A program made the translations under genes and the position numbers. The notes under the pieces are model-generated. The model was not told the DNA's origin. It was given only the letters and a program-made list of their open reading frames with translations, and made no database searches. Below are positions 14,308 to 22,659 of a DNA stretch of 24,000 nucleotides, piece by piece. Source of the DNA: an uncultured Actinomycetota bacterium (lineage in GTDB: Bacteria > Actinomycetota > Nitriliruptoria > Euzebyales > JAHELV01); NCBI GenBank assembly GCA_964450395.1, contig CAYVGE010000028.1:1816-25815 (forward strand), written 5' to 3'. Positions within the stretch are counted from its first letter, which is position 1; each line of letters starts with the position of its first letter.

Positions 14308-14330
14308 CGGTGGCGCGACAGACGCCGGTG

Positions 14331-15785
14331 CTACACGACCGCCACGTCCTCCGACGAGGCCTTGGTGCCGCTCGGCGTCCACACCGTCTTGAACGTGATC
14401 ACCGCGGCGGCCGCGACCACCGTCCCGACGGCGATCGCGAGGAGGTACGGGATCGCGTTGCCGACCAGGCCGATCACGAAGATCCCACCGTGTGGCGCGC
14501 GCAACGTCGCGCCGAACAGCAGCGACATGACCGCCGTCGTCGCCGATCCGAGCATCATCGCGGGGATGACGCGCACCGGGTCGGCGGCGGCGAACGGGAT
14601 CGCGCCCTCGGTGATGAACGACGCGCCCATCAGCCACGCCGCCTCGCCCGCGCGGATCTCCGATTCGTTGAACAGCTGGGACCGCACGACCGTCGCCAGC
14701 GCGAGCGCAAGTGGCGGCACCATGCCGGCGGCCATGATGGCCGCCATGACCTGGAAGTCTCCCGATTCGAGCGCGAGGAGGCCGAAGCCGTACGCGACCT
14801 TGTTGACCGGGCCGCCCATGTCGAAGGCCATCATCCCGCCGAGCACGAGGCCCAGCAGCACGGCGTTGGCACCCGACAGCCCGTCGAGCCAGTTCTCCAG
14901 ACCTCTGCTCAGCGCGGCGATCGGCTCGCCGATCACCAGGATCATCAGCAGGCCGACGATCAGGGTGCCGATGATCGGGTACACCAGGATCGGCAGCATG
15001 CGCTGCAGGGTGCCGGTCACCGGCGTCTTCTTGAGGAGGTTGACCACCCATCCGGCCAGCAGACCCGCCGCGATGCCGCCCAGGAAGCCGGCTCCGATCT
15101 CGTTGGCCAGCAGGCCACCGACGATGCCGGGGGCGATGCCGGGCCGGTCCGCCATCGCGTAGGCGATGAAGCCGGCCAGGATCGGCACCAGCATCGCGAA
15201 CGCGGTCCCGCCGATCTGGTTGAGCAGCGCACCGATGTAGGTCAGCGTGCCCACCTCGGCCGGAGACGCGGTGTACACGTCGACCTCGGTCACCTCGACC
15301 GCGCCGCCGATCGCGAACGCGGCGGCGATGAGGATCCCGCCACCGATGACGAACGGCAGCATGTAGCTCACGCCGGTCATCAGCCACTGGCGGAGGCGCT
15401 CGCCCGCGCCGAGCTCGCGTTCCTCGGCCGGCTCGGAGGCGGCGGCGTCGGCCCGGGCCGCCTCGCCGTCGGCCGGTGCGCGCTCCGCAGCCTGCTCGGC
15501 GCGCTCGACGATGCTCGGCGCCTTGTCGATGGCCTCGCGGGTGCGGACCTCGACCGACGGGAGGTGGGCGAACCGTTCGCGGTCCTTGACGCCCGCATCG
15601 ACCGCGAAGATCACGGCGTCGGCGTTGCGGATCAGGTCGGCCTTGATCGCCGGACCGCCCGAGGCGCCCTGCACCTCGACCTCGCACTCGTGGCCGCGCT
15701 CGCGTGCCGCCTCCTCGATGGCCTCCGCGGCCATCGAGCTGTGGGCGATGCCGGTGGGACAACTGGTGACGCCGACGAACTTCAC
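14331..15785 (-). CDS. fruA: PTS fructose transporter subunit EIIBC
   Basis: The GTG start overlaps the EIIA stop (GTGA). The EIIB phospho-Cys motif VTSCPTGIAHS is present. A C-terminal polytopic EIIC follows (MLPFVIGGGILIA..., GGPVNK, AAIMAAGMVPPL). Confidence 0.92.
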   Translation of the reverse strand: MKFVGVTSCPTGIAHSSMAAEAIEEAARERGHECEVEVQGASGGPAIKADLIRNADAVIFAVDAGVKDRERFAHLPSVEVRTREAIDKAPSIVERAEQAAERAPADGEAARADAAASEPAEERELGAGERLRQWLMTGVSYMLPFVIGGGILIAAAFAIGGAVEVTEVDVYTASPAEVGTLTYIGALLNQIGGTAFAMLVPILAGFIAYAMADRPGIAPGIVGGLLANEIGAGFLGGIAAGLLAGWVVNLLKKTPVTGTLQRMLPILVYPIIGTLIVGLLMILVIGEPIAALSRGLENWLDGLSGANAVLLGLVLGGMMAFDMGGPVNKVAYGFGLLALESGDFQVMAAIMAAGMVPPLALALATVVRSQLFNESEIRAGEAAWLMGASFITEGAIPFAAADPVRVIPAMMLGSATTAVMSLLFGATLRAPHGGIFVIGLVGNAIPYLLAIAVGTVVAAAAVITFKTVWTPSGTKASSEDVAVV

Positions 15786-16252
15786 AGCTTCACCTCGCTC
15801 TTGATCGTGTCGAACACGGCCTGGGGGTCGCCGGCCTCACGCAGCTGCGTGCGGAAGCTCTCGTGGATCAGCCGGCGCGCCAGCTTCGACAGCATGGTCA
15901 CGTGCGCGTCGTCGCTGCCGGTGGGCGCCGCGATGAGGAAGATCAGGTCGGCGTCCGACCCGTCCTCGGCCCCGAAGTGCACGCCCGTGGCGCTGCGCCC
16001 GAAGGCGACGCTGGGCCGGGCGACGGCGTCGGACTTCGCGTGCGGGATCGCGACCCCCGATTCCATGCCGGTGCCGCCGGTCTCGTTCTCGCGCGCCACG
16101 ACGGCCTCGACGTACGCGTCGCGGTCGGTCACGCGGCCCTGCTCGGCGAGCAGGCCCGCGAGCTCGGCGATCGCGCCCTCGGCGTCCGTCGCCTTCAGCT
16201 CGGTCGTGACCAGCTCGGGTCCGGTCACGTCGTCGATGGTGATGTCAGCCAT
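15782..16252 (-). CDS. PTS fructose/mannitol-family EIIA component
   Basis: ATG 16252 follows GAGGGAG. The phospho-His context GVAIPHAKS is present. LIFLIAAP and MLSKLARRL are present. The tracked 214-aa ORF has an implausible Pro/Ser/Cys-rich extension. Confidence 0.88.
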   Translation of the reverse strand: MADITIDDVTGPELVTTELKATDAEGAIAELAGLLAEQGRVTDRDAYVEAVVARENETGGTGMESGVAIPHAKSDAVARPSVAFGRSATGVHFGAEDGSDADLIFLIAAPTGSDDAHVTMLSKLARRLIHESFRTQLREAGDPQAVFDTIKSEVKL

Positions 16253-16289
16253 GGTTGGTTCGGCTCCCTCGTTGTCGGTGTCGACCGCG

Positions 16290-17228
16290 TCAGTCGCGCA
16301 GCCGGCGGGCATCGTCGACGGCGGCGACGGTGACGGCGTCGACGTCGATGTCATCTGGTCGGGGCATGGAGCTGCCGGGCAGCTGCACCGCGGCCGCACC
16401 CCAGGCCACCGCGGCGCGCAGTGCATCCGGACCCTCGCCGCCCGCGGCGAGGAACCCCGACAGCGTCGAGTCGCCGGCGCCGACGTTGCTCAGCGGCACC
16501 ACCGGCGGCGACTCGGCGTGGTAGGCGCCGGTGTCGTCGACCAGCAGGGCACCGTCGGCGCCGAGCGACACCAGCACCGCCCGGGCGCCGTCGGACCGCA
16601 GCTCCTGCGCCGCCGTCACGATCTCACCGAAGGTCGACAGCGGCCGGCCGACGATCTCGGCCAGCTCCTCGTCGTTCGGCTTGCACACGTCGGGCCCGGA
16701 CCCGATCGCCACGGCCAGCGGCGGGCCACTGGTGTCGACGGCGATCTTCCGCCCGGCGGCGTGCACCTCGGCGACCAGCTGCGCGTAGAAGTCGTCGGGC
16801 ATGCCCGGCGGCAGGCTGCCGCTGGCGACGACCCAGTCGGCCTCGCCGACCTCGGCCACCACGGTCTTGCGCAGCGCGTCGACATCGCCCTCCGTCAGCC
16901 GCGGACCGGGGGCGTTGAGCTTGGTCACGGTGCCGTCGGGCTCGACCACGCTGACGTTGCTGCGGACCGCCGACGAGATCGGCACCGGCAGCGTGCGCAG
17001 GCCCAGCTCGTCGGTCAGCCGGGCGAGGTGGTCGCCGTCGGCGCCCCCCACCGGCAGCGCCGCGCGGACCTGGTGCCCGTTGGCCGCGAGCGCACGGGCG
17101 ACGTTGACGCCCTTGCCCCCGGCGTCCACGCGCACGCCCGTCGCACGGACGACGGCACCGCGAACCAGCTCCTCGATCTCCATCGTCCGGTCCAGTGACG
17201 GGTTCGGTGTCACGGTCAGGAACCTCAT
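16290..17228 (-). CDS. fruK: 1-phosphofructokinase (PfkB family)
   Basis: TVTPNPSLDRT, DAGGKGVNVARAL, KPNDEELAEI and GAGDSTLSGFL are the PfkB/FruK signatures. The start overlaps the fruR stop (ATGA). Confidence 0.92.
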   Translation of the reverse strand: MRFLTVTPNPSLDRTMEIEELVRGAVVRATGVRVDAGGKGVNVARALAANGHQVRAALPVGGADGDHLARLTDELGLRTLPVPISSAVRSNVSVVEPDGTVTKLNAPGPRLTEGDVDALRKTVVAEVGEADWVVASGSLPPGMPDDFYAQLVAEVHAAGRKIAVDTSGPPLAVAIGSGPDVCKPNDEELAEIVGRPLSTFGEIVTAAQELRSDGARAVLVSLGADGALLVDDTGAYHAESPPVVPLSNVGAGDSTLSGFLAAGGEGPDALRAAVAWGAAAVQLPGSSMPRPDDIDVDAVTVAAVDDARRLRD

Positions 17229-17986
17229 GCCAGCACCACCTGCACTCCGACCTCCTCCAGCTGCGCGACGTCATCGGTTGCCATGCCGTCGTCGGTGACC
17301 AGCACGTCGATGTCGGACAGGTCACAGAACCGCACCAGGTGCTCCTCACCGAGCTTGCTGTGATCGGCCAGGAGCACCCGCTGCCCACCCGCGGCCACGA
17401 TCGCGCGCTTGACCGCCGCTTCGGTCACGTCGGGCGTCGACAGCCCCCGGGCGACGGACATGCCGTTGGTCGCGATGAACGCCACGTCGACCGCCAGGTC
17501 GGCCAGCGTCCGCAGCGCCCAGTCGTCGACGTTGGCCAGCGTGCGGTGGCGCACGCGGCCGCCGAGCATCAGCAGGTGGATGTTGGGCCGCGTCGACAGG
17601 GTCAGCGCGATCGTCAACGAGTGGGTGATGACCGTCAGCTCGCGGTCGGTCGGCATGAGCCCCGCCAGCGCACCGGTCGTCGTGCCCGCGTCGACGAGCA
17701 CCGTGCCACCGGGCGGCAGGTAGGAGACGGCGGCCTTGGCGATCCGCTGCTTCTGGCTGGCCATCACCGCCGCGCGGTCGGTGACGGCGGGCTCGGTGCG
17801 GAACCGCTCGATCGGCATGGCGCCGCCGTGGATGCGCCGCAGCACGCCCCGCTGCTCGAGCTCGGTCAGGTCACGACGGATGGTCTCCTGGGTGACGTCG
17901 AAGAGCTCGGCCAGGTGGGAGACCTCGACCCGCCCGTCGACGCGGGCCGTGCCGACGATCTGTTGCCGTCGCTCCTCCGCGTGCAC
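17225..17986 (-). CDS. fruR: DeoR-family transcriptional repressor of the fructose operon
   Basis: The N-terminal HTH is LAELFDVTQETIRRDLTELEQRGVLRRIHGGA. The C-terminal DeoR sugar-phosphate sensor has VLVDAGTTT, AFIATNG and LADHSKLG. The GTG start follows GGGGGTGG. Confidence 0.9.
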   Translation of the reverse strand: MHAEERRQQIVGTARVDGRVEVSHLAELFDVTQETIRRDLTELEQRGVLRRIHGGAMPIERFRTEPAVTDRAAVMASQKQRIAKAAVSYLPPGGTVLVDAGTTTGALAGLMPTDRELTVITHSLTIALTLSTRPNIHLLMLGGRVRHRTLANVDDWALRTLADLAVDVAFIATNGMSVARGLSTPDVTEAAVKRAIVAAGGQRVLLADHSKLGEEHLVRFCDLSDIDVLVTDDGMATDDVAQLEEVGVQVVLA

Positions 17987-18008
17987 GCTGCCACCCCCGA
18001 TTCTGCGT

Positions 18009-18072
18009 TTGTGTGACGCTATGTCTGACTGCCGGCGGATGCAAGCGGTTTCTCAGACATGGTTCCACACAA
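18009..18072. promoter_or_regulatory. nested concentric inverted repeats TTGTGTG-N5-ATGTCTGA-N24-TCAGACAT-N5-CACACAA overlapping a TTGCAT-N17-TAGCGT minus-strand promoter; candidate FruR operator
   Basis: Both arm pairs (18009-15/18066-72 and 18021-28/18053-60) share the same centre at 18040.5. On the minus strand, the -35 TTGCAT lies at 18044-18039 and the -10 TAGCGT at 18021-18016, directly upstream of fruR. This is the most AT-rich intergenic stretch nearby. Confidence 0.4.
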
Positions 18073-18153
18073 CCGATCATGGCGGCCGTGGTGGCCGGGC
18101 GCCTGCGACAATGATCGTGCATCGCAGGGCACCAGACAAGGAGCAGCACGCGG

Positions 18154-19623
18154 ATGGAGCACCAGGCACGGGCACTGTGGATCGCGGGCGGGCCGGTGGC
18201 GGCGGCGGCCGACGCCACCATCGACGTCGACAACCCGGCGACGGGCGGGATCATCGGCCGCGTACCGGCGGCCGGCGCCGAGGACGTGGCCCGCGCGGTC
18301 ACGGCCGCCACGGAGGCCACCGACGCCTGGCGGTGGACACCGGCCAACGACCGGGCCGCGCTGCTGCACGAGGCGGCGGCCAGGACCGAGGCGCTGGCCG
18401 GGGAGCTCGTCGAGGCCCTCATCCGGGAGCAGGGCAAGGCCCGCCCGGAACAGGAGGAGGAGGTCGAGTGGTCCGCCACCACCCTGCGGTACTACGCCGA
18501 GCTCGGCCGCAACGCGCGCGGCCGCGTGGTGCCCAGCGGCGAACCGCGGACCCAGCTGAACCTCGTGCTCAAGGAGCCGTACGGGGTCGTCGGCGCGATC
18601 ATCCCGTGGAACTTCCCGCTCCTGCTGCTCGCGTGGAAGCTGGCGCCGGCGCTGGCCGCCGGCAACACCGTGGTCGTCAAGCCCAGCGAGCTGACGCCCC
18701 TGGTGACCCTCGACTGGATCGAGCGGTGCTTCGCGCACCTGCCCCCGGGCGTCGTCAACGTGGTGACCGGCGGCCCGGAGGCCGGTGAGGCGCTGGTCCG
18801 CCACCCCGACGTCCGTGTCATCGCCATGACCGGGTCGGTCGCGACCGGGCAGCGCATCGCCACCGTCGCCGCCCCCCTGATGAAGCACCTGCACCTGGAG
18901 CTGGGCGGCAAGGACGCGTTCGTCGTCGGGCCCGACGCCGCGGTGGAGGCCTCCGTCGAGGCCCTGGCGTACGCGGCCCTGTTCAACGCCGGCCAGGTGT
19001 GCACGTCGGCCGAGCGCATCTACGTGCCGGCGGACATGCACGACGACGTGGTCGACGCGACGGTCGACCGGCTGCGCCTCATCCGCGTCGGCGACCCGGC
19101 CGACGACGGCATCGACATGGGGCCCATGGCCGCGGCCCGGTTCCGTGACAAGGTCGCGGCGCACGTCGCCGACGCGGTCGAGCGCGGCGCACGGGTCGTC
19201 ACGGGCGGCGGTGTGCCCGACGGTCTGGACCGCGGCTGGTTCTACGCGCCGACGGTGGTGACCGGCGTCGACCACGACATGGCGATCATGACCGACGAGA
19301 CGTTCGGGCCGGTCATCGCGATCCAGCCCTACGACGACGTCGACCAGGCGATCGCCCTCGTCAACGACAGCCCCATGGGGCTCGGCGCGACGCTGCGGTC
19401 CAACGATCCGGCCCTGGTCAAGCGCTTCTTCGAGGAGGTCAAGGTCGGCACGGTGTGGATCAACGACCCGCTGACCGACACCTACGCGGCGCCGTTCGGC
19501 GGGATGAAGCTGACCGGCGGCGCCCGGGAGCTGGGCGACGAGGGACTCGAGTCGTTCCTCGAGACCAAGCACGTGCACTGGGACCTGGACCCCGACGTCA
19601 AGGACTGGTGGTACCCCTACTGA
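18154..19623 (+). CDS. NAD(P)+-dependent aldehyde dehydrogenase family protein
   Basis: 489 aa. AAGGAG lies upstream of the ATG. IIPWNFPLLL, VVKPSELTP, LELGGKDA and the catalytic Cys in NAGQVCTSAERIYV are present, as is ETFGPV. Substrate is not assignable. Confidence 0.92.
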   Translation: MEHQARALWIAGGPVAAAADATIDVDNPATGGIIGRVPAAGAEDVARAVTAATEATDAWRWTPANDRAALLHEAAARTEALAGELVEALIREQGKARPEQEEEVEWSATTLRYYAELGRNARGRVVPSGEPRTQLNLVLKEPYGVVGAIIPWNFPLLLLAWKLAPALAAGNTVVVKPSELTPLVTLDWIERCFAHLPPGVVNVVTGGPEAGEALVRHPDVRVIAMTGSVATGQRIATVAAPLMKHLHLELGGKDAFVVGPDAAVEASVEALAYAALFNAGQVCTSAERIYVPADMHDDVVDATVDRLRLIRVGDPADDGIDMGPMAAARFRDKVAAHVADAVERGARVVTGGGVPDGLDRGWFYAPTVVTGVDHDMAIMTDETFGPVIAIQPYDDVDQAIALVNDSPMGLGATLRSNDPALVKRFFEEVKVGTVWINDPLTDTYAAPFGGMKLTGGARELGDEGLESFLETKHVHWDLDPDVKDWWYPY

Positions 19624-20345
19624 GCGGGCGTCGGGTGCAGCGCCTCGGTGTCGAGGCGCCGCTCGACGACGGCCGCGGCGACGTCCCGCAGCCTGTGGCC
19701 GTGGCCCCGGGCGTGGCGGCGCAGCAGCTCGAACGCCTCGGTGGGCTCCAGGTCACAGCGCGCCGCGACGAACCCCTTGGCCTGCTCGATCATGATCCGT
19801 GAGTCGAGGGCACCCTGCAGCTGCCGGTTGAGCTCCTCACGCCGCTCGTCGTCCGAGCCGTGCATCAGGTACAGCGTGGCGATGTCCGAAAACGCCGCAC
19901 CCAGCTCCTCCTGCTGCTCGTCGAGCCGCCCGGGCTCACGGCGGTACAGGTTGAGCGCTCCGAACACCTGCGCCTCGTACTGCAGGGGATAGCTGAACAC
20001 CGCCACCATCCCGGCCTCGACCGCCCGCGGGCCGAACCGCGGGAACTCCGGGTCGTCACGCAGGTCGGTCGCCATGACGCGCTCCGCCTTGCGGTAGGCC
20101 CGCAGGCACGGGCCCTCGTCGAGCTCGATCTGGAGGTCCTCGAGCCGCTTGAGCACCTCGTCGGACGACGACACGAAGCGCAGGTGGTTGTGCTCGTCGG
20201 TCAGCATCACGCCGGCACCGGCGACGTCGAGCACGTCGCGGAGGTCGCCCGCGAGGTCCGTCAGCACGTCGTCGAGGTCGTACTGGCGCACCAGCGTCTT
20301 CGCGAACTTCAGCAGCAGCGCCAGTGCCGCACCGTCGTCGGTCAC
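19617..20345 (-). CDS. GAF + ANTAR domain RNA-binding regulator
   Basis: The GTG 20345 start is preceded by GGGAGGAGG. A GAF-like N-terminal part is present (LLKFAKTLV..., DEGPCLRAYR, ALNLY). The C-terminal ANTAR signature is RIMIEQAKGFVAARCDLEPTEAFELLRRHARGHGHRLRDVA. The stop overlaps the convergent ALDH by 7 nt. Confidence 0.85.
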   Translation of the reverse strand: MTDDGAALALLLKFAKTLVRQYDLDDVLTDLAGDLRDVLDVAGAGVMLTDEHNHLRFVSSSDEVLKRLEDLQIELDEGPCLRAYRKAERVMATDLRDDPEFPRFGPRAVEAGMVAVFSYPLQYEAQVFGALNLYRREPGRLDEQQEELGAAFSDIATLYLMHGSDDERREELNRQLQGALDSRIMIEQAKGFVAARCDLEPTEAFELLRRHARGHGHRLRDVAAAVVERRLDTEALHPTPAQ

Positions 20346-20539
20346 CGCGCCTCCTCCCGTCGCCCGGACCTTGCACCGCCCCATCATGACCACATGGCCG
20401 ACCGTGACACCATCGCATGATCGAACCGGACACGACCTACCGGTGCCGGGGGTGTGGTCCGCTGCTGGGTGTTCGACGACGCGTGCCGGGTGCCCGACGT
20501 CTGCGTCGAGCGGTGCCGGGGCCGGTGTGACTGGCCAGG

Positions 20540-20689
20540 AAATGACCGATCGGCCAGCACGGCGATGTCGACCGCCGCGCCGATCAGGAAGGGCGGCGCC
20601 AGGTCGAAGGTCGTGTTGAGCACCGAGCACCCGGCTGCGGCCACCAGGCGACGGCGGTGCCCCGTGGCGTGGCGCCACAGGCGCGCCAA
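20540..20689 (-). pseudogene. possible 5' remnant of an ABC exporter (MsbA-type) gene
   Basis: The frame reads (L)[49 protein letters not shown]. This resembles the usual N-terminus of type-I ABC exporters (RLWRY..PHR.RL....L....L.PPLLIG.AID). Similarity then breaks off. There is no ATG/GTG start (TTG only) and no ATPase part anywhere. Confidence 0.25.
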
Positions 20690-20760
20690 CGGGGACCCTG
20701 CGCGGGAGGAGGCTGGTCCATGGTCGCCAGCCTGACGCGCCGGGCGGCGCGGACCGGCGG

Positions 20761-22032
20761 TCAGTGCGCGGCGGGATCCGACCAGGTGGCCAGGCGGCGG
20801 ACCAGCTCGTCGCGCAGCGGCGCGTTGCCGGTCAGGCCGATCGCCGCCCGCAGTGCGGCGGCGGCCGCGTCGCGGCGGCCCACGCGGTCGAGCGCCTCGG
20901 CGCGGGCCGCGTGGAAGTGCGAGAAGTCCGCCAGCCGGTCGGCGAGTCCGTCGAGGTCGGCGAGCGCCGCCGCCGGCGCGCCGTGCTCCATGCGGGCCAC
21001 CGCCCGGTTGAGCCGCAGCACGGGATCGTCGCGCGCGGCGATCAACCGGTCGTACCAGCTGATGATCCCCGCCCAGTCCGTCGCGGCGTAGGTGGGCGCG
21101 GCGGCGTGCAGCGCAGCGATCGCCGCCTGGACGAGGTAGGGCCCGGCGACCCCACCGGCGAGGCCCTCGGCGACCAGCGCCCGTCCGCGGGCGATCCGGC
21201 CGGCGTCCCACCGGGTGCGGTCCTGCTCACGCAGCGGCACCGGGCGGCCAGCGCGCCAGCGTGCCGGCGCGCGCGCCGCGGTCAGCTCCAGGAGGGCGAG
21301 CAGGCCGGTCGTCTCGGCGTCGTCGGGGCACAGCTCGTGCAGCAGCGCCGCCAGCCGGACGGCCTCGTCCGCCAGCTCGACGCGCTGCAGCCGGGCGCCG
21401 GTCGACGCCGTGTGGCCCTCCGTGAAGATCAGGTAGATGACGCCGTGGATGCCGCCCAACCGCGGCGGCAGTTCGTCGGCACCGGGCACCGCGTACGGAA
21501 TCCCGGCCTCGCGGATCCGCCGCTTGGCGCGGCTGATGCGCTGGCCCATGGTCGGCTCTGGGACCAGGAAGGCGCGGGCGATCTCGCCGGTGGTGAGCCC
21601 CCCGACCACGCGCAGCGTCAGCGCGACCTGGGCCTCGGTCGACAGCGCCGGGTGGCACGCCGTGCACAGCAGCCGCAGGCGGTCGTCGGGGACCTCGCCC
21701 GGTGTCACGGCGTCGAGCTCGTGCACCTCCGGCATGACCAGCAGCGGTGCCTTGCGCCGCTCGGTGCCGAGCCGCCGCAGGCGGTCGACCGCGCGCCGGC
21801 GCGCCACCGCCAGCAGCCACCCTGCGGGCTCGGCCGGCAGGCCGCGGGTGGGCCACTGCGCCGCGGCCGCCGTCATGGCGTCGGACAGCGCGTCCTCGGC
21901 CAGCTCGAACTCGCGCAGCTCGGCCACCAGCGCACCGAGCACCCGCGGGTACTCGGTGCGGAAGGTCTCGGCGAGGCGCCGGTGCGCCGCCAGCGCCTCG
22001 CCGAGCGGTGACCTCCGCGGCGGGTCGGTCAC
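20761..22032 (-). CDS. ECF42-type RNA polymerase sigma factor with a long C-terminal TPR-like extension
   Basis: 423 aa. Sigma-2 is [18 protein letters not shown]...[19 protein letters not shown]. Sigma-4 is [40 protein letters not shown]. About 230 aa of extra helical-repeat C-terminus follow. It lies immediately downstream of a DGPF/YciI gene, which is the classic ECF42 context. Confidence 0.85.
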   Translation of the reverse strand: MTDPPRRSPLGEALAAHRRLAETFRTEYPRVLGALVAELREFELAEDALSDAMTAAAAQWPTRGLPAEPAGWLLAVARRRAVDRLRRLGTERRKAPLLVMPEVHELDAVTPGEVPDDRLRLLCTACHPALSTEAQVALTLRVVGGLTTGEIARAFLVPEPTMGQRISRAKRRIREAGIPYAVPGADELPPRLGGIHGVIYLIFTEGHTASTGARLQRVELADEAVRLAALLHELCPDDAETTGLLALLELTAARAPARWRAGRPVPLREQDRTRWDAGRIARGRALVAEGLAGGVAGPYLVQAAIAALHAAAPTYAATDWAGIISWYDRLIAARDDPVLRLNRAVARMEHGAPAAALADLDGLADRLADFSHFHAARAEALDRVGRRDAAAAALRAAIGLTGNAPLRDELVRRLATWSDPAAH

Positions 22033-22084
22033 GGGCCTCGGAGGTCCGCTGCGCCCCCGGCGGGCGGGCCCGCCGACCGACGCA

Positions 22085-22444
22085 TCAGGGCGCCTCGGAC
22101 ATGTCGAACTCGAGCACCGGCCGGACCTCGACGGCGCCCTGCGTGGGGATCTTCGCCGCCCACGCGATGGCCGCGTCGAGGTCGTCGACGTCGACCAGGT
22201 AGTAGCCGTTGATGATCTCCTTGGTCTCGGCGAACGGCCCGTCCGTCGTCATGGTCTGCCCGCCCTGCACCCGCACGGTGGTCGCGGACGTCGAGTCGGT
22301 CAACGCCTGCCCGTCGACGTAGTCACCGGACTGCTGCAGCTCGGTGGTGTAGTCGAACCACCGCTGCATGTCGGCCTGCTGGTCCTCCTCGGACCACCCT
22401 GCCCGCAGGCCCTCCTCCTCGGCGATGAGCAACAGGTACTTCAT
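22085..22444 (-). CDS. YciI-family / DGPF-domain protein
   Basis: 119 aa. ATG 22444 follows AGGAG 8 nt upstream. MKYLLLIAEEE... is present, the DGPF motif sits in TTDGPFAETKEIINGYYLVDV, and AIAWAAKIP is present. Only the last 119 aa of the tracked 498-aa ORF are credible. Confidence 0.88.
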   Translation of the reverse strand: MKYLLLIAEEEGLRAGWSEEDQQADMQRWFDYTTELQQSGDYVDGQALTDSTSATTVRVQGGQTMTTDGPFAETKEIINGYYLVDVDDLDAAIAWAAKIPTQGAVEVRPVLEFDMSEAP

Positions 22445-22466
22445 GGCGATCACTCCTGGGTGCCGT

Positions 22467-22489
22467 GCGCCCCGCCGGGTGCGGGGCGC
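22467..22489 (-). other. 9-bp GC hairpin GCGCCCCGC-N5-GCGGGGCGC in the predicted 5' leader of the DGPF gene
   Basis: Perfect arms at 22467-22475 and 22481-22489. It lies between the ECF42-type promoter and the RBS, and about 170 nt downstream of the prenyltransferase stop. Confidence 0.5.
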
Positions 22490-22500
22490 CTCGGATGGTG

Positions 22501-22527
22501 GTCGTGCGGCGGTGCCCGGTTTCGACA
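22501..22527 (-). promoter_or_regulatory. ECF42-type promoter candidate TGTCGA-N17-CGAC upstream of the DGPF/sigma operon
   Basis: On the minus strand, TGTCGA lies at 22527-22522 and CGAC at 22504-22501, about 57 nt upstream of the DGPF ATG. This matches my recollection of the published ECF42 target motif (-35 TGTCGA, -10 CG(A/T)C). Confidence 0.45.
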
Positions 22528-22659
22528 GCTCGGAGCAGAACCGTTCCGGAGACCCCCGCCGGGCCCACATCCGGCGCAGCCGGGCCACCGCACGCGTCGG
22601 GGCCCCGGGCTCCACGAGGATTCTCGCACCACCGGGGCGGGTGCGCGCGGGCGGTCCGG

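Noticed and set aside
8773-14330. A genomic island bounded by an att direct repeat of the tRNA-Pro 3' end, with an integrase.
   Set aside because: I found no second copy of the tRNA 3' segment (GGTTCAAATCCGGGCATCCCGACCA or a substantial part) near 9100-9480 or 14273-14330. There is no integrase-like ORF. The island idea therefore stays a weak inference, as noted in the findings.
20441-20521. An 11-nt direct repeat CGGTGCCGGGG at 20441 and 20511.
   Set aside because: Exact 11-mers are expected to recur by chance many times in 24 kb of strongly GC-biased sequence. There is no periodicity or further copies.
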